20,630 bases of DNA from Chthonomonadaceae bacterium (GTDB lineage: Bacteria > Armatimonadota > Chthonomonadetes > Chthonomonadales > Chthonomonadaceae). Shown piece after piece: positions 7,626 to 16,265 of this stretch (position 1 is the stretch's first letter; every line of letters starts with the position of its first letter). The translations under genes were made by a program, and so were the position numbers. The DNA lies in NCBI GenBank assembly GCA_035650735.1, contig DASRGZ010000166.1:62001-82630 (forward strand). Reading direction: 5' to 3'. Below the pieces are notes generated by a model that saw only the letters and a program-made list of their open reading frames with translations, had not been told where the DNA came from and searched no databases.

Positions 7626-8107
7626 TTAAGGGGTAAGAAGACGTACGGTTACCGTCGGGGCTGTGGTCACGGCCTGATGTTGCATACCGACATCGAAGGT
7701 TACAAGCTCAACCGTTCGCGTCCGTGCTAACTCCTCCGCAAGCGCAATATAGAGGCCGTCTGCAGAGCGACTACAGCCATATGTGCCTCGTATCTGCTCC
7801 GCACGTCTGTTCAGCGCCGCATCTCCGCTCGGCGGTGGTAAAATCCCGTCATATTAATCTCTAAATCTTGGATCGCCAGCGTATGCTCTGTGGGTGTCAA
7901 TAAGCCTTGCTGCAATTTACCGCATAAGATATACAATGCCTCCGCAATAATGACACCCGACGCGTAGACTTCGTAGTTGTTCTGTAGGTAGTACGGAACC
8001 CACGCCAGCGCAATTGCGTACTTATCCACCTCCTTAGCGCAAAGCGCAATCAGGACGTTAGCATCTATTACTACGGCAGGTGGATTACTCGGTGGGGTCA
8101 TAGCCAT
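7626..8107 (-). pseudogene. PIN/VapC-family toxin, frameshifted near 7844-7853
   Basis: N-part VVIDANVLIAL...IIAEALYIL (frame of ORF 7811..8215) continues in a shifted frame as GILPPPSGDAALNRRAEQIRGTYGCSRSADGLYIALAEELARTRTVELVTFD...LLTP* (TAA 7628-7626), supplying the remaining PIN acidic motifs. Confidence 0.85.
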
Positions 8108-8453
8108 ACATCGCTCCGGCACGCGCTTCACGCAATAGCCGTTGAGTTTCGTCTCCCCCAAGTGTGAAGGGCATCTCGCGTTCCAGTTCCTCTGCCTTGC
8201 GTCGCGCAGCAGCAAATCGTTCTGCGGGAGTTAACGTTTCGTCCTTTGGCTTATCGTCTTCTGTAGATAGGTAGACACTCCCAGCCGTGTGGATCAATCT
8301 CACGCAGCCTGCTGCTGAGGAGATACGTCAACACCGTTGGGAGCGATTACCTGTAGATAAGCCAACGAGACGTACCCGACGCCCCCTCAATTCCTGCTCG
8401 TGCGCCATGATCTCTTCCCAGGTTCCTTCCCATTCTAGTTGCTGTGCCTCCAT
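8085..8453 (-). pseudogene. Putative antitoxin upstream of and overlapping the PIN gene, interrupted by a MITE
   Basis: ATG 8453 with GGAGG SD. Removing 82 bp plus one 8-bp TSD restores a 92-aa ORF (MEAQQLEWEGTWEEIMAHEQELRGRRVRLVGLSTEDDKPK...YDPTE). The insert carries an in-frame TGA at 8330-8328. Confidence 0.8.
8270..8351 (-). mobile_element. 82-bp MITE (family A, copy 1) with 8-bp target-site duplication
   Basis: Flanked by TGTAGATA at 8262-8269 and 8352-8359; imperfect ~24-bp TIRs starting GGTA; 80/82 identical to 13713-13794. Confidence 0.93.
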
Positions 8454-8463
8454 CGGTTTTTAC

Positions 8464-8490
8464 CTCCAGGAGCATTGGACCATAGGTTGC
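8464..8490 (-). repeat. 27-bp direct repeat, copy 1 (leader/RBS of the antitoxin gene)
   Basis: CTCCAGGAGCATTGGACCATAGGTTGC, 24/27 identical to 9594-9620. Confidence 0.75.
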
Positions 8491-8558
8491 AGAATACACT
8501 CTGGTGGCTGCTGCTAGAACGACGTTAGAGTTCCTTCTCCGGTAAGCTTCAATCTCAG

Positions 8559-9587
8559 CTACAGCGGCAACTGTCGAATATGTGTTCGTAACGCCTGCTC
8601 TAGATGAATCATCGCCTCGATCATCTTGTCGTGGAGACCGGGCCATTTCGACTCATCCTTATATCCGCCTAAGCGAATGATTTTCCCTATACGACATGCT
8701 CGCTTGCCATCTAGTTCCTGCCACTCCAAAGTATCACCAAAAGCCTGCTCGATTTCTGATTTTCTGGCTTCCAAGCTGTGGAAGATTTCTAGGTTTTCAC
8801 GCTCACTGCCGCGATCTATATATAGCTCCACGTAAGCATCATGCTGCCGGACAGCGTAATTGTAATTGAGTCCGCGTTTGCCTGATGACGTCCCAATCCA
8901 GTTATAGTATGAAGGCGATATCGTTGAGTGCAGGGTTGTCTTAGCCCTCGCGCGGTTCAATAACTCGGACCAGAAGCGGTGTCGCAGGTGATGACGCTCT
9001 GCCAACTCACGTTTCGTCTCACCAACCTCCTGACTCTCGGCGCTCGGGCCAACGATTAGCGTCAGGAAGGGTGCAGGTCGTGAGTCGTCTATCTGGGCGG
9101 CTTCTACCTTGAGCAAGTAGAAGCTCGTCGAGCGCGACTCGTTAAGCCAGCTTACGGCCCGAACATGCTCTTGACGCGGTTCTGCGACGATCCAAACAGC
9201 CACTTTTGCATCGAAGGCAGCCAGGTAAGTGATCAGCTTGCCAAGATGATCGCTCTTCTCCAACTGGTTCTCGATCACAACCGTACCGCCGTCGCCAGTC
9301 TCGGCCACGAGATCTACGCTAAAAGAGCCGACAGCCTGCTCGCGGCGGACATCGGTTAGCGTCAGGCCCAATATGTCGTTGAGAATATCAATGTTCTTCT
9401 GAAGCCAGGTGGTAAAACCGAGCGCTTCGTGCTGCCATACCTCACGCAAAGGTACACGACGCAGCCTGCCAATATTTGCAGAGGTGTTCCATGCCGCCTT
9501 ACCACCTGGAACTACCACTGCATTATGCGGTAGCTCCACATCCAGTTCCGAATGTGCGGGCATGATTGCAGGCTCGTCGTTTTCCAT
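8559..9587 (-). CDS. DUF4268-like protein with an N-terminal PD-(D/E)XK (NucS-like) nuclease segment
   Basis: ATG 9587 with GGAG SD. Motifs LREVWQHEA..FTTWL, VDLVA...VIENQL, HLGKLITY and a C-terminal FWSEL...YVELYI...LEWQEL...ACRI segment. Lower GC than the flanks. Confidence 0.8.
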   Translation of the reverse strand: MENDEPAIMPAHSELDVELPHNAVVVPGGKAAWNTSANIGRLRRVPLREVWQHEALGFTTWLQKNIDILNDILGLTLTDVRREQAVGSFSVDLVAETGDGGTVVIENQLEKSDHLGKLITYLAAFDAKVAVWIVAEPRQEHVRAVSWLNESRSTSFYLLKVEAAQIDDSRPAPFLTLIVGPSAESQEVGETKRELAERHHLRHRFWSELLNRARAKTTLHSTISPSYYNWIGTSSGKRGLNYNYAVRQHDAYVELYIDRGSERENLEIFHSLEARKSEIEQAFGDTLEWQELDGKRACRIGKIIRLGGYKDESKWPGLHDKMIEAMIHLEQALRTHIRQLPL

Positions 9588-9593
9588 AGATTT

Positions 9594-9620
9594 CTCCGGG
9601 AGCATTGGGCCGTAGGTTGC
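9594..9620 (-). repeat. 27-bp direct repeat, copy 2 (leader/RBS of the DUF4268-like gene)
   Basis: CTCCGGGAGCATTGGGCCGTAGGTTGC, 24/27 identical to 8464-8490. Confidence 0.75.
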
Positions 9621-9643
9621 GCGAAGGGGCTGTAAAGAGAGAC

Positions 9644-10426
9644 TTATCGCTGCCTCCTTGCCGGGGGGCCGGGCTTGGCCAGCGAGACGATGCGGCGCAC
9701 AACCGGATGGGTTTCGGGATGGGAGGCGGCATATTGGCGTAGCTCGGCCATGATCTGCGCGTAGGGAAAGCGACCACCTGGGCACCAGGTCAGGTTCACA
9801 TCGCGGTGGCGCTTGACCATTTCCGGGGGGATGTGGTACTCGGACATCAGCCGCTCACACAGCGAGATTATCGAGCGCACCTGCGCTGCCGTGGGTACGG
9901 AAGGCCGCCAATGCGGATTGCTCCGAGCCGAGAAGGCGCCGATCACGCAGATGCCGATCCAGTCGTTATGGGTGCGGGCGTGGGCGCCGGGGCAGTGATC
10001 GGGCCGGCCCTTCTGTATCGTGCCGTCCGGCAGAATAACGTAGTGATACGGGATATGGTAGGTTTTGCCCTCAAACTCGGTGGCCCAGCCAGGATGCCAT
10101 TCGGCGTAGATGCGCTCCAGCGTGGCAGCATTTAGAGGAACGCCGTCCACGCGGGCCGGCGTATCAGAGTGATGCAGCACGATGCCCGGCGGGTCGGGAT
10201 AGGCAAGCGGCAGCGGAGCCGACGGTGGGGCGGGAGGCACCTGCGCGTGCGGGGAGCGCCGCAGGGAGGGCACGCCCACGGCAATTGCGATCAGGGCGGC
10301 TATCCCCAGGATGAGGGTGATACGCCGACGCAGGCGCCGACGCCTCTTGCGCGCCTTCGGAGTATATCGCCGCCACTCTCCCCGCCTAACTCGCTTCCCA
10401 ACCCCCGGCTCCCCTACCTCTTGCAT
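9644..10426 (-). CDS. Membrane-anchored N-acetylmuramoyl-L-alanine amidase (Amidase_2/PGRP fold)
   Basis: Basic N-region, one hydrophobic helix and a Pro linker, then IVLHHS, YHYVI, GAHA and HRDV..TWCPG Zn-site motifs. Start chosen downstream of the promoter at 10518-10489. Confidence 0.85.
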   Translation of the reverse strand: MQEVGEPGVGKRVRRGEWRRYTPKARKRRRRLRRRITLILGIAALIAIAVGVPSLRRSPHAQVPPAPPSAPLPLAYPDPPGIVLHHSDTPARVDGVPLNAATLERIYAEWHPGWATEFEGKTYHIPYHYVILPDGTIQKGRPDHCPGAHARTHNDWIGICVIGAFSARSNPHWRPSVPTAAQVRSIISLCERLMSEYHIPPEMVKRHRDVNLTWCPGGRFPYAQIMAELRQYAASHPETHPVVRRIVSLAKPGPPARRQR

Positions 10427-10488
10427 GATTCCATCCCGCTTTGCGGCCTTTTCGCACGCTCTTGCCAGGCCCGCATCCTCTCTGTTGT

Positions 10489-10518
10489 ATTGTAGGCTCA
10501 TCCCGGCGGGCCTGTCAA
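10489..10518 (-). promoter_or_regulatory. sigma70-type promoter for the amidase
   Basis: TTGACA (10518-10513), 18 nt, TACAAT (10494-10489). Confidence 0.7.
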
Positions 10519-10661
10519 GGCCGATTTTATCCGCCTGGTGATCTCCCAGGCAGACCGCTATACTCGTCCTCCAGGGGAAGAAAGGGGCGTAAATAGCCTG
10601 TTTTTCTGACCTGAATTCGGCTATTTTCGTCATATTCCTTTACAAATTGTGTATGAACTTC

Positions 10662-10690
10662 TTGACACAAGGCACGTCTTAACCTATAAT
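10662..10690 (+). promoter_or_regulatory. Perfect-consensus sigma70 promoter for DeoR-glmS
   Basis: TTGACA (10662-10667), 17 nt, TATAAT (10685-10690). Confidence 0.88.
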
Positions 10691-10733
10691 GGGACAGGTT
10701 GGTATCTATTTCGGTGGGAGGTTGGTAGGGAAG

Positions 10734-11660
10734 ATGGCAGAACACGCAGATGTGCGCCGTATGCGAATGTTGGAACTGTTGGCCGAGTGCGAGGAGCCGC
10801 AAGACCTGGAGACCCTGGCGGCGGCCCTGCGCTGCGATGCGCGCACCATTCGACGCGATATCGATCAGTTGCAGCATATTCTCCAGCGCGTCCAGAACCT
10901 GGAGGTGCGGCGCGGCAGCGTGCTGGTTTCACGAGCGGGCTTTAGTCCCGGCTATTTTACGGATCATCTGGATCGCAACGTCGCCGCCAAAGAGGTCATC
11001 GCTCGGGCCATCGTCTCCTCCCTTCCCGACGACCTGGCCATCGCGCTGACGGCCGGCAGCACGCCCTATGCCGTCGCGCGTGAGATGCGCCGCGCCGCCG
11101 TCGAGGGCACGCCGCCGCATAACTTGATCGTCTTCACAAACAGCGTCCCGGCCCTGATGGAGCTGGTAGCGGCAGGCATCTCTACCGGCGTCCTAGGCGA
11201 AATCTACTCGCCGGAGGATTGCGCCTTCCACACTCCAGAGTTCCGCAGTGCCTTCCAGCCGGGGCTTGCCATCGTGGGCGCCAGCGGCGTGCTGTTCTCC
11301 CAACATGGGGCGCAGGCGGCGCTGGACCTGTTCTCCCACCGCGCGGAAGAGGCCGCGTTCATGAAGCAGCTTCTCGCCAACATCCCGGAAGTCATCGTCG
11401 CCGTAGACAGCACCAAGCTAGGGCGGCGCCATCCCTGGAGCTTCGGCGGCAGCGTCCTGGCCGGCAAGGGCGTGCGGCTTGTCACCGACCAATTGACGGC
11501 GGCGCAGCAGGAAGAGTTAGCTCAATTGGCGGCGCAGTTGGCCCGCAACGGCACCCGCCTGACCTTTGAAGCCATCTGGCCGGCCAGCGACACAGCCCCG
11601 GAAACATCCCTTACCCTTGTGCAGAGCCACGGCGCGCAGGCCGAAGCGGCGGAAGCCTAG
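10734..11660 (+). CDS. DeoR/GlpR-family transcriptional regulator
   Basis: N-terminal HTH (LAAALRCDARTIRRDIDQL) and sugar-phosphate sensor motifs (AKEVIARA, AGST, VFTNS, VDSTKLG). ATG 10734 because the ORF-track ATG at 10689 overlaps the -10 box. Confidence 0.85.
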   Translation: MAEHADVRRMRMLELLAECEEPQDLETLAAALRCDARTIRRDIDQLQHILQRVQNLEVRRGSVLVSRAGFSPGYFTDHLDRNVAAKEVIARAIVSSLPDDLAIALTAGSTPYAVAREMRRAAVEGTPPHNLIVFTNSVPALMELVAAGISTGVLGEIYSPEDCAFHTPEFRSAFQPGLAIVGASGVLFSQHGAQAALDLFSHRAEEAAFMKQLLANIPEVIVAVDSTKLGRRHPWSFGGSVLAGKGVRLVTDQLTAAQQEELAQLAAQLARNGTRLTFEAIWPASDTAPETSLTLVQSHGAQAEAAEA

Positions 11661-11692
11661 CCCTGCGCGAAAAGCCAGGAGAGAAACAGACT

Positions 11693-13543
11693 ATGTGTGG
11701 AATTACGGGCTACATCGGCGCGCGTCCAGCGGTCGAGACCGCGCTCAACAACCTGAAACGATTGGAGTATCGCGGCTACGACTCGGCGGGCATCGCCTAC
11801 CCCAGCCTCCGCCAGATCCGCGTTGTGCGGGCCGCCGGCAAAATCGCCAACCTGGAGCGCGCCCTGCTGGATCGGCCCCATGAGGCCCATATCGCCATTG
11901 CCCACACGCGCTGGGCCACGCACGGGCGTCCCTGCGAGGCCAACGCCCATCCCCACCGCGACTGTACGGGCCGGCTGGCCCTGGTGCACAACGGCATTAT
12001 CGAAAACTATGCCGAGTTGCGGCAGGAGCTTCGGGCGCACGGCCATGAGTTCCTCTCAGAGACGGATACCGAAGTCCTGGCACACCTAATTGAAGCCGAG
12101 TTGGATAAGGGCTATGCGCCAGGCGGCTCCTTTACTGCGGAGGAGGTGGCGGTGGCGGTACGGGCGGCCTTGAAGCGTGTCATTGGCTCCTACGCTGTGG
12201 CCGTCATCTGCCAGGATACGCCGGAGACGGTGTTTGTGGCGCGCAAGGACTCGCCGCTGGTGATCGGCTTGGGCCAGGGCGAGAACTTCCTGGCCTCCGA
12301 TATTCCCGCCGTGATGCGCTACACGCGCAGGGTCGTACTCCTGGAAGACGGCGATTTTGCGGCCATCACGACCGAGGGCGTGGCCGTGACCGACCTGGAG
12401 GGGAACTCGCTGGCGCGCGCGGTGCAGGAGATCACCTGGGACGACACAGCGGCAGAAAAGGGCGGCTATCCGCACTTCATGCTCAAAGAGATCTATGAGG
12501 GGCCGCGCACGGTGTGCGATACCCTGCGCGGGCGCCTGACCGAAACCGGCCACGTCGTCTTCCCCGGCCTGCCCCTCACGGCGGCAGACTGGGCGCGGTT
12601 CAAGCGCCTGGCTATCGTCGCCTGCGGCACCGCTTATCATGCGGGCGTGGTCGGCAAGCGGCTGTTCGAGCAACTGCTGCGCCGTCCGGTGGAGGTGAGC
12701 GTAGCCAGCGAGTTCCGCTATAGCGATCCACTGGTGGACCCGGAGACGCTGGTGATTCTGATCTCGCAGTCCGGGGAGACCGCCGACACGCTGGCGGCAA
12801 TGCGGGAGGCGAAGCGCAAGGGCGCGACCACGCTGGCCATCGTCAACGTGGTCGGCAGCACCCTGGCACGCGAGGCGGATGCGGTCCTGCTGACTCAGGC
12901 CGGCCCGGAGATCGGCGTGGCCTCCACAAAAGCCTACCTGGCCCAGTTGACGGCGATATCGCTGCTGGGGGTCTATCTGGTCCAGAGCGAGTCAGGGGTT
13001 GCAGCGCACGCCGAAATGGCCGCCGCCCTGCGGGAGTTGCCCACGCTGATTCAGCGTTGCCTGGAGCACGAGCCGGAGATCGCGGCCCTGGCCGAGCAAC
13101 TGGCCGGGCATAGCAGCTTCTTCTACCTGGGACGCGGCTACGATTATGCGGCGGCGCTGGAGGCGGCCCTGAAGCTCAAGGAAATTTCCTACCTGCACGC
13201 CGAAGCCTATCCCGCTGGCGAGATGAAGCACGGCCCGCTGGCTCTGGTCGAGCCGGGTGTGGCCGTCGTCGGCTTCTGCACCCAGCCTTCCACCAACGAG
13301 AAGATGGTGAGCAATCTCAAGGAGGTCAAGGCGCGGGAGGGAACGGTGGTAGCGGTCATCCGCGAGGGCGATACAGTTCCCGACTGCGCGGACGCGGTGA
13401 TCGCGGTACCGGCGACCCTGGAGGCACTGATGCCGGTGGTGGCGATGGTGCCGATGCAGCTTCTCGCCTATCACGTCGCCCGCGTCCGAGGCTGCGAGAT
13501 TGACCAGCCGCGCAATCTGGCCAAAAGCGTCACCGTAGAATAA
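11693..13543 (+). CDS. glmS: Glutamine--fructose-6-phosphate aminotransferase
   Basis: MCGI N-terminal nucleophile, LEYRGYDSAG, HTRWATHG, HNGIIENY, SQSGET, KHGP, C-terminal PRNLAKSVTVE; AGGAG SD. Confidence 0.98.
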   Translation: MCGITGYIGARPAVETALNNLKRLEYRGYDSAGIAYPSLRQIRVVRAAGKIANLERALLDRPHEAHIAIAHTRWATHGRPCEANAHPHRDCTGRLALVHNGIIENYAELRQELRAHGHEFLSETDTEVLAHLIEAELDKGYAPGGSFTAEEVAVAVRAALKRVIGSYAVAVICQDTPETVFVARKDSPLVIGLGQGENFLASDIPAVMRYTRRVVLLEDGDFAAITTEGVAVTDLEGNSLARAVQEITWDDTAAEKGGYPHFMLKEIYEGPRTVCDTLRGRLTETGHVVFPGLPLTAADWARFKRLAIVACGTAYHAGVVGKRLFEQLLRRPVEVSVASEFRYSDPLVDPETLVILISQSGETADTLAAMREAKRKGATTLAIVNVVGSTLAREADAVLLTQAGPEIGVASTKAYLAQLTAISLLGVYLVQSESGVAAHAEMAAALRELPTLIQRCLEHEPEIAALAEQLAGHSSFFYLGRGYDYAAALEAALKLKEISYLHAEAYPAGEMKHGPLALVEPGVAVVGFCTQPSTNEKMVSNLKEVKAREGTVVAVIREGDTVPDCADAVIAVPATLEALMPVVAMVPMQLLAYHVARVRGCEIDQPRNLAKSVTVE

Positions 13544-13712
13544 AATCAACCACCCGCTCCGCTAGGGACACAAAGGCACAGAGGAACAACAAAGACAGAG
13601 AAAAGCAAAGAGAAAGAGATAAGAGTTTTAGACAGGATTAACGGGACTTACAGGATTATACAAAGAGAGAGAAGCAGGACTTGTTCAGGTTTTTAAAATC
13701 CAGTTAATCCTG

Positions 13713-13794
13713 GGTAATCCCTCCCAACGGTGTGGACGTATCTCCTCAGCAGCAGGCTGCGTGAGATTGATCCACACGGCTGGGAGTGTCTACC
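13713..13794 (+). mobile_element. 82-bp MITE (family A, copy 2)
   Basis: GGTAATCCCTCCCAACGGTGTGGA...TCCACACGGCTGGGAGTGTCTACC; TIRs match 19/24; two differences from copy 1. Confidence 0.92.
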
Positions 13795-13926
13795 TAACCC
13801 AAGCTGCTACCTAGGAACACGTTTGAGAGCTACCTAGGAACACGTTTGAGAGAGAATCGCTCTGGAAACCGGCTTTTGCATCACCGTTTGCCTTCTCGAA
13901 GAGGCAAGGTAGCAACTTGAGTTACC
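13795..13926. mobile_element. Second MITE (family B) fused to MITE A; the composite 13713-13926 has an 8-bp TSD
   Basis: TIRs TAACCCAAGCTGCTACCT / AGGTAGCAACTTGAGTTA(CC) match 16/18; TAATCCTG duplicated at 13705-13712 and 13927-13934. Confidence 0.8.
13806..13851. repeat. Perfect 23-bp tandem duplication inside MITE B
   Basis: GCTACCTAGGAACACGTTTGAGA at 13806-13828 and 13829-13851. Confidence 0.95.
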
Positions 13927-14027
13927 TAATCCTGTAAATCCTGTCTAAAAGGTTGTTGTCTTTGTCTTTCTCCGTATGGCTTTTCCTCTGTGTCTCTGTG
14001 CCTCTAGCGTTAGCGGGTGGTTGATTC

Positions 14028-16265
14028 TTATGCCAGGCCGGCGCGGCGGCGCAGCAGCCACTCGGAGGTGAGCAGGCCGAGCAGCAGGGCAAGCACCCAG
14101 CCCCGATCCCAGGCGGTGCGCGGCTCCTCCTTGCGGACGGCAGCTTGCTCGGCGGCACGCAGCTTCTCCGGCAGGTTTTGCAGCGCATCCAGGCGCAATG
14201 CCTCGCCGCCACCAGCCTGGGCAATCTGGCGCATCAGCGCCGGATCGGCGGAGCGATTGGCGTCCTCCTCCTGACCGGGGTAGACGGTGAAGGCGGCGGA
14301 GGCCGGAACGGCCCTCCCCTGGCCGGGAGGCGGCGGCACGGTCGCAACGTACTCGCCCGGCAGCCGGGGCCGGAAGCTGGCGGTAAAATCGGCGGCATGG
14401 CCGTCGCCTTTGGCGCTAACGAGGGTGGCCGTCGTGCCGTCGGGCTGCGTGATGGTGATGATCGGTGGGGCGGCGGGCTGCGGGCCGCGCCGGTAGCCCA
14501 GGAAGTTGACCGTCTCCCGGCTGGAATAGGAGGTACGGTCGGTGCGCAAGGCGATGTTCTGGCCCGGCAGGAAGTCCGATTCGCTGACCAGCCAGCGGAT
14601 CGTCTGCGTCCAGAACTCGCTATAGACGTGGCTGTACTGCGCCAACTCCGGCGGCAGGAAGGCCCAGCGCCAGAGCCCCTGCCCCACCACCGCCAGTGTC
14701 TTTCCCTGGCCGTAGCGCTGATAGGCCAGCAGCGCCATCTCCTTAGCACTCTCGTCCGCCGCGCCCTCCGCGCGCGCCAGCACGACCGCCAGCGCCTTCT
14801 CTCCCTGCACGCGAGTCGCCGAGATGAGCGCGGGCAGCTTCCGCACGACCGTCTGCGCGTCCTGGCCGGTGGAGAAGGCGAAGCCGGGATGTAGCCGGCC
14901 CGCTTCGGTCAGGCGCAGGCGCGCGGCCTCGATCTCCTCATCGCCGAAAGCGACGGGCTCCAGCGCGCCCAGGCCCGGCGTGCGCTCATCGGCGCGGCCC
15001 CGTAGGAAGACCAGATTGCCGCCCCGGTCCCCCACCCACCGCTGCAGCGCCTCCGTCGCCGCCGCGTCAAAGAACTCCTCGTAGCCCTTGCCTAAGATGA
15101 TCACATCGTAGCGCGCGAAGTCCTCCACAGTGCGCGGCACGCGCAGGATGGGCCTATCGGCGCTGCCGCTCAGGGCAAAGTAGTGGTCGGCGGTCAGTTT
15201 GTAGAGGCAATCCAGGGTGACGGTCGGGTCTTCCCGCAGTGTCTGGGCCAGGAACTTCGCATCCCAGGTCGGGCGCCCTTCCAGCAGCAGCACGCGGGCA
15301 CGGCTTTCCATCACATTAAGGAAGACGTTGGCGCGGTTGTTGAGCTCGTTCGTTTCGTTGGGAGCCAGAGAGCAGGCCAGCGCGTAACGGTAGAACCCCT
15401 TGCGCGGCTCGGAGAGCGGAAACGCGACCGCGCGCCGCCCCGGCGTGACGATAAGGTTCCGCGACGCCACGCGCCGGCCCTCCCGAAGCAGGTCCACGCG
15501 CACCGGCGCGCTGCTAATTCCGGTATCGCGTATCTCCGCCCCGATCTCGACGGTCTGGCCGGGCGCGCTGAACACCTGCGGGCGCTTCGCCGCCACCAGC
15601 AGATCAGTCTCCTTCCTCTCCTGCCCAACGCAGGCGGTATAAACCCGGTAGCCAAGCGCCCTGGCGGCGCGGGCCGCATCCGGCGCATACTCCGTGCCGT
15701 TATCGCGCCCGTCGGAGACGAGGAGCAGCCCGGCGACAGCCTGAGCATCGCGCGGCAACGGATTGGCGCTGACGGCCTGCGCGATGGCGCTGCCGAGCGC
15801 GGTGCTCTTGCCGCCTGGCTCTGTCAGGGGAAGCAGCGCGCCAAGGGGCCGGGCCGTCGCGCGGGCGTCGAAGCCATAGAGACGCACCGCATAGCGCTGG
15901 CTCAGGGCGTCCAGCAGGGAGCGATTGGCGAGCACGGCACGCCTGGCGGCCTCCCAGCGGGTTTCGCGCCCGGGGCGGCCATCGGCGACATCGGCGGTCG
16001 CCATGCTGCGCGAGGTATCCAGGAGCAGGAGAAACGGGATTTTGCCGCGCGCCTGCGGCGCGGGCCGGCTGACCACCGGATTGAGCAGGAGGAGGGCCAG
16101 CAGCAGCACGACCGCCCCGCGCAGTGCCGGCAGGGCCGGATGCCGCCGAACGCGCTGGCGGAGTTCCCGGCGGGCATAGAGCAGGAACACGGCGCTCACC
16201 GCGATCAGGGCAAGCGCCGCCGTCTGTACCGGCAGAAAGGGAGGCTCAAAATGGAGCGGGATCAT
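14028..16265 (-). CDS. Membrane protein with a vWA (MIDAS) domain, an Ig-like segment and a GATase-like domain
   Basis: Two N-terminal hydrophobic helices, LLDTSRSM and LVSDG MIDAS motifs, [11 protein letters not shown]...YDVIIL segment, C-terminal TM ending [11 protein letters not shown]. Start overlaps the upstream stop (ATGA). Confidence 0.8.
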   Translation of the reverse strand: MIPLHFEPPFLPVQTAALALIAVSAVFLLYARRELRQRVRRHPALPALRGAVVLLLALLLLNPVVSRPAPQARGKIPFLLLLDTSRSMATADVADGRPGRETRWEAARRAVLANRSLLDALSQRYAVRLYGFDARATARPLGALLPLTEPGGKSTALGSAIAQAVSANPLPRDAQAVAGLLLVSDGRDNGTEYAPDAARAARALGYRVYTACVGQERKETDLLVAAKRPQVFSAPGQTVEIGAEIRDTGISSAPVRVDLLREGRRVASRNLIVTPGRRAVAFPLSEPRKGFYRYALACSLAPNETNELNNRANVFLNVMESRARVLLLEGRPTWDAKFLAQTLREDPTVTLDCLYKLTADHYFALSGSADRPILRVPRTVEDFARYDVIILGKGYEEFFDAAATEALQRWVGDRGGNLVFLRGRADERTPGLGALEPVAFGDEEIEAARLRLTEAGRLHPGFAFSTGQDAQTVVRKLPALISATRVQGEKALAVVLARAEGAADESAKEMALLAYQRYGQGKTLAVVGQGLWRWAFLPPELAQYSHVYSEFWTQTIRWLVSESDFLPGQNIALRTDRTSYSSRETVNFLGYRRGPQPAAPPIITITQPDGTTATLVSAKGDGHAADFTASFRPRLPGEYVATVPPPPGQGRAVPASAAFTVYPGQEEDANRSADPALMRQIAQAGGGEALRLDALQNLPEKLRAAEQAAVRKEEPRTAWDRGWVLALLLGLLTSEWLLRRRAGLA

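Larger units (their letters stand above)
13544..14026. repeat. Long imperfect palindromic repeat (family C) filling the convergent glmS/vWA intergenic gap, interrupted by a composite MITE
   Basis: AATCAACCACCCGCT (13544-13558) / AGCGGGTGGTTGATT (14012-14026); inner arms TTTTAGACAGGATT.../...AATCCTGTCTAAAA; second copy from 20478. Confidence 0.88.

Noticed and set aside
7840..7856. Programmed -1 frameshift in the PIN gene
   Set aside because: No canonical X XXY YYZ slippery heptamer (GGGATTTT), and the partner gene is also broken.
8328..8330. In-frame TGA as selenocysteine
   Set aside because: It lies inside a MITE whose other copy has GGA, so it is a point mutation.
8464..9620. Integron attC cassette array
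   Set aside because: No RYYYAAC...GTTRRRY palindromic sites between the genes and no integrase in the window.
7607..9627. GTTGCG...CGAAGG at both edges of the lower-GC islet as att sites
   Set aside because: Two 6-bp matches with a 3-bp gap are too weak to support.
11660..11693. glmS ribozyme
   Set aside because: Only 32 bp lie upstream of glmS, and the operon leader is about 40 nt.
13806..13851. CRISPR array
   Set aside because: Two adjacent units with no spacer and no cas genes.
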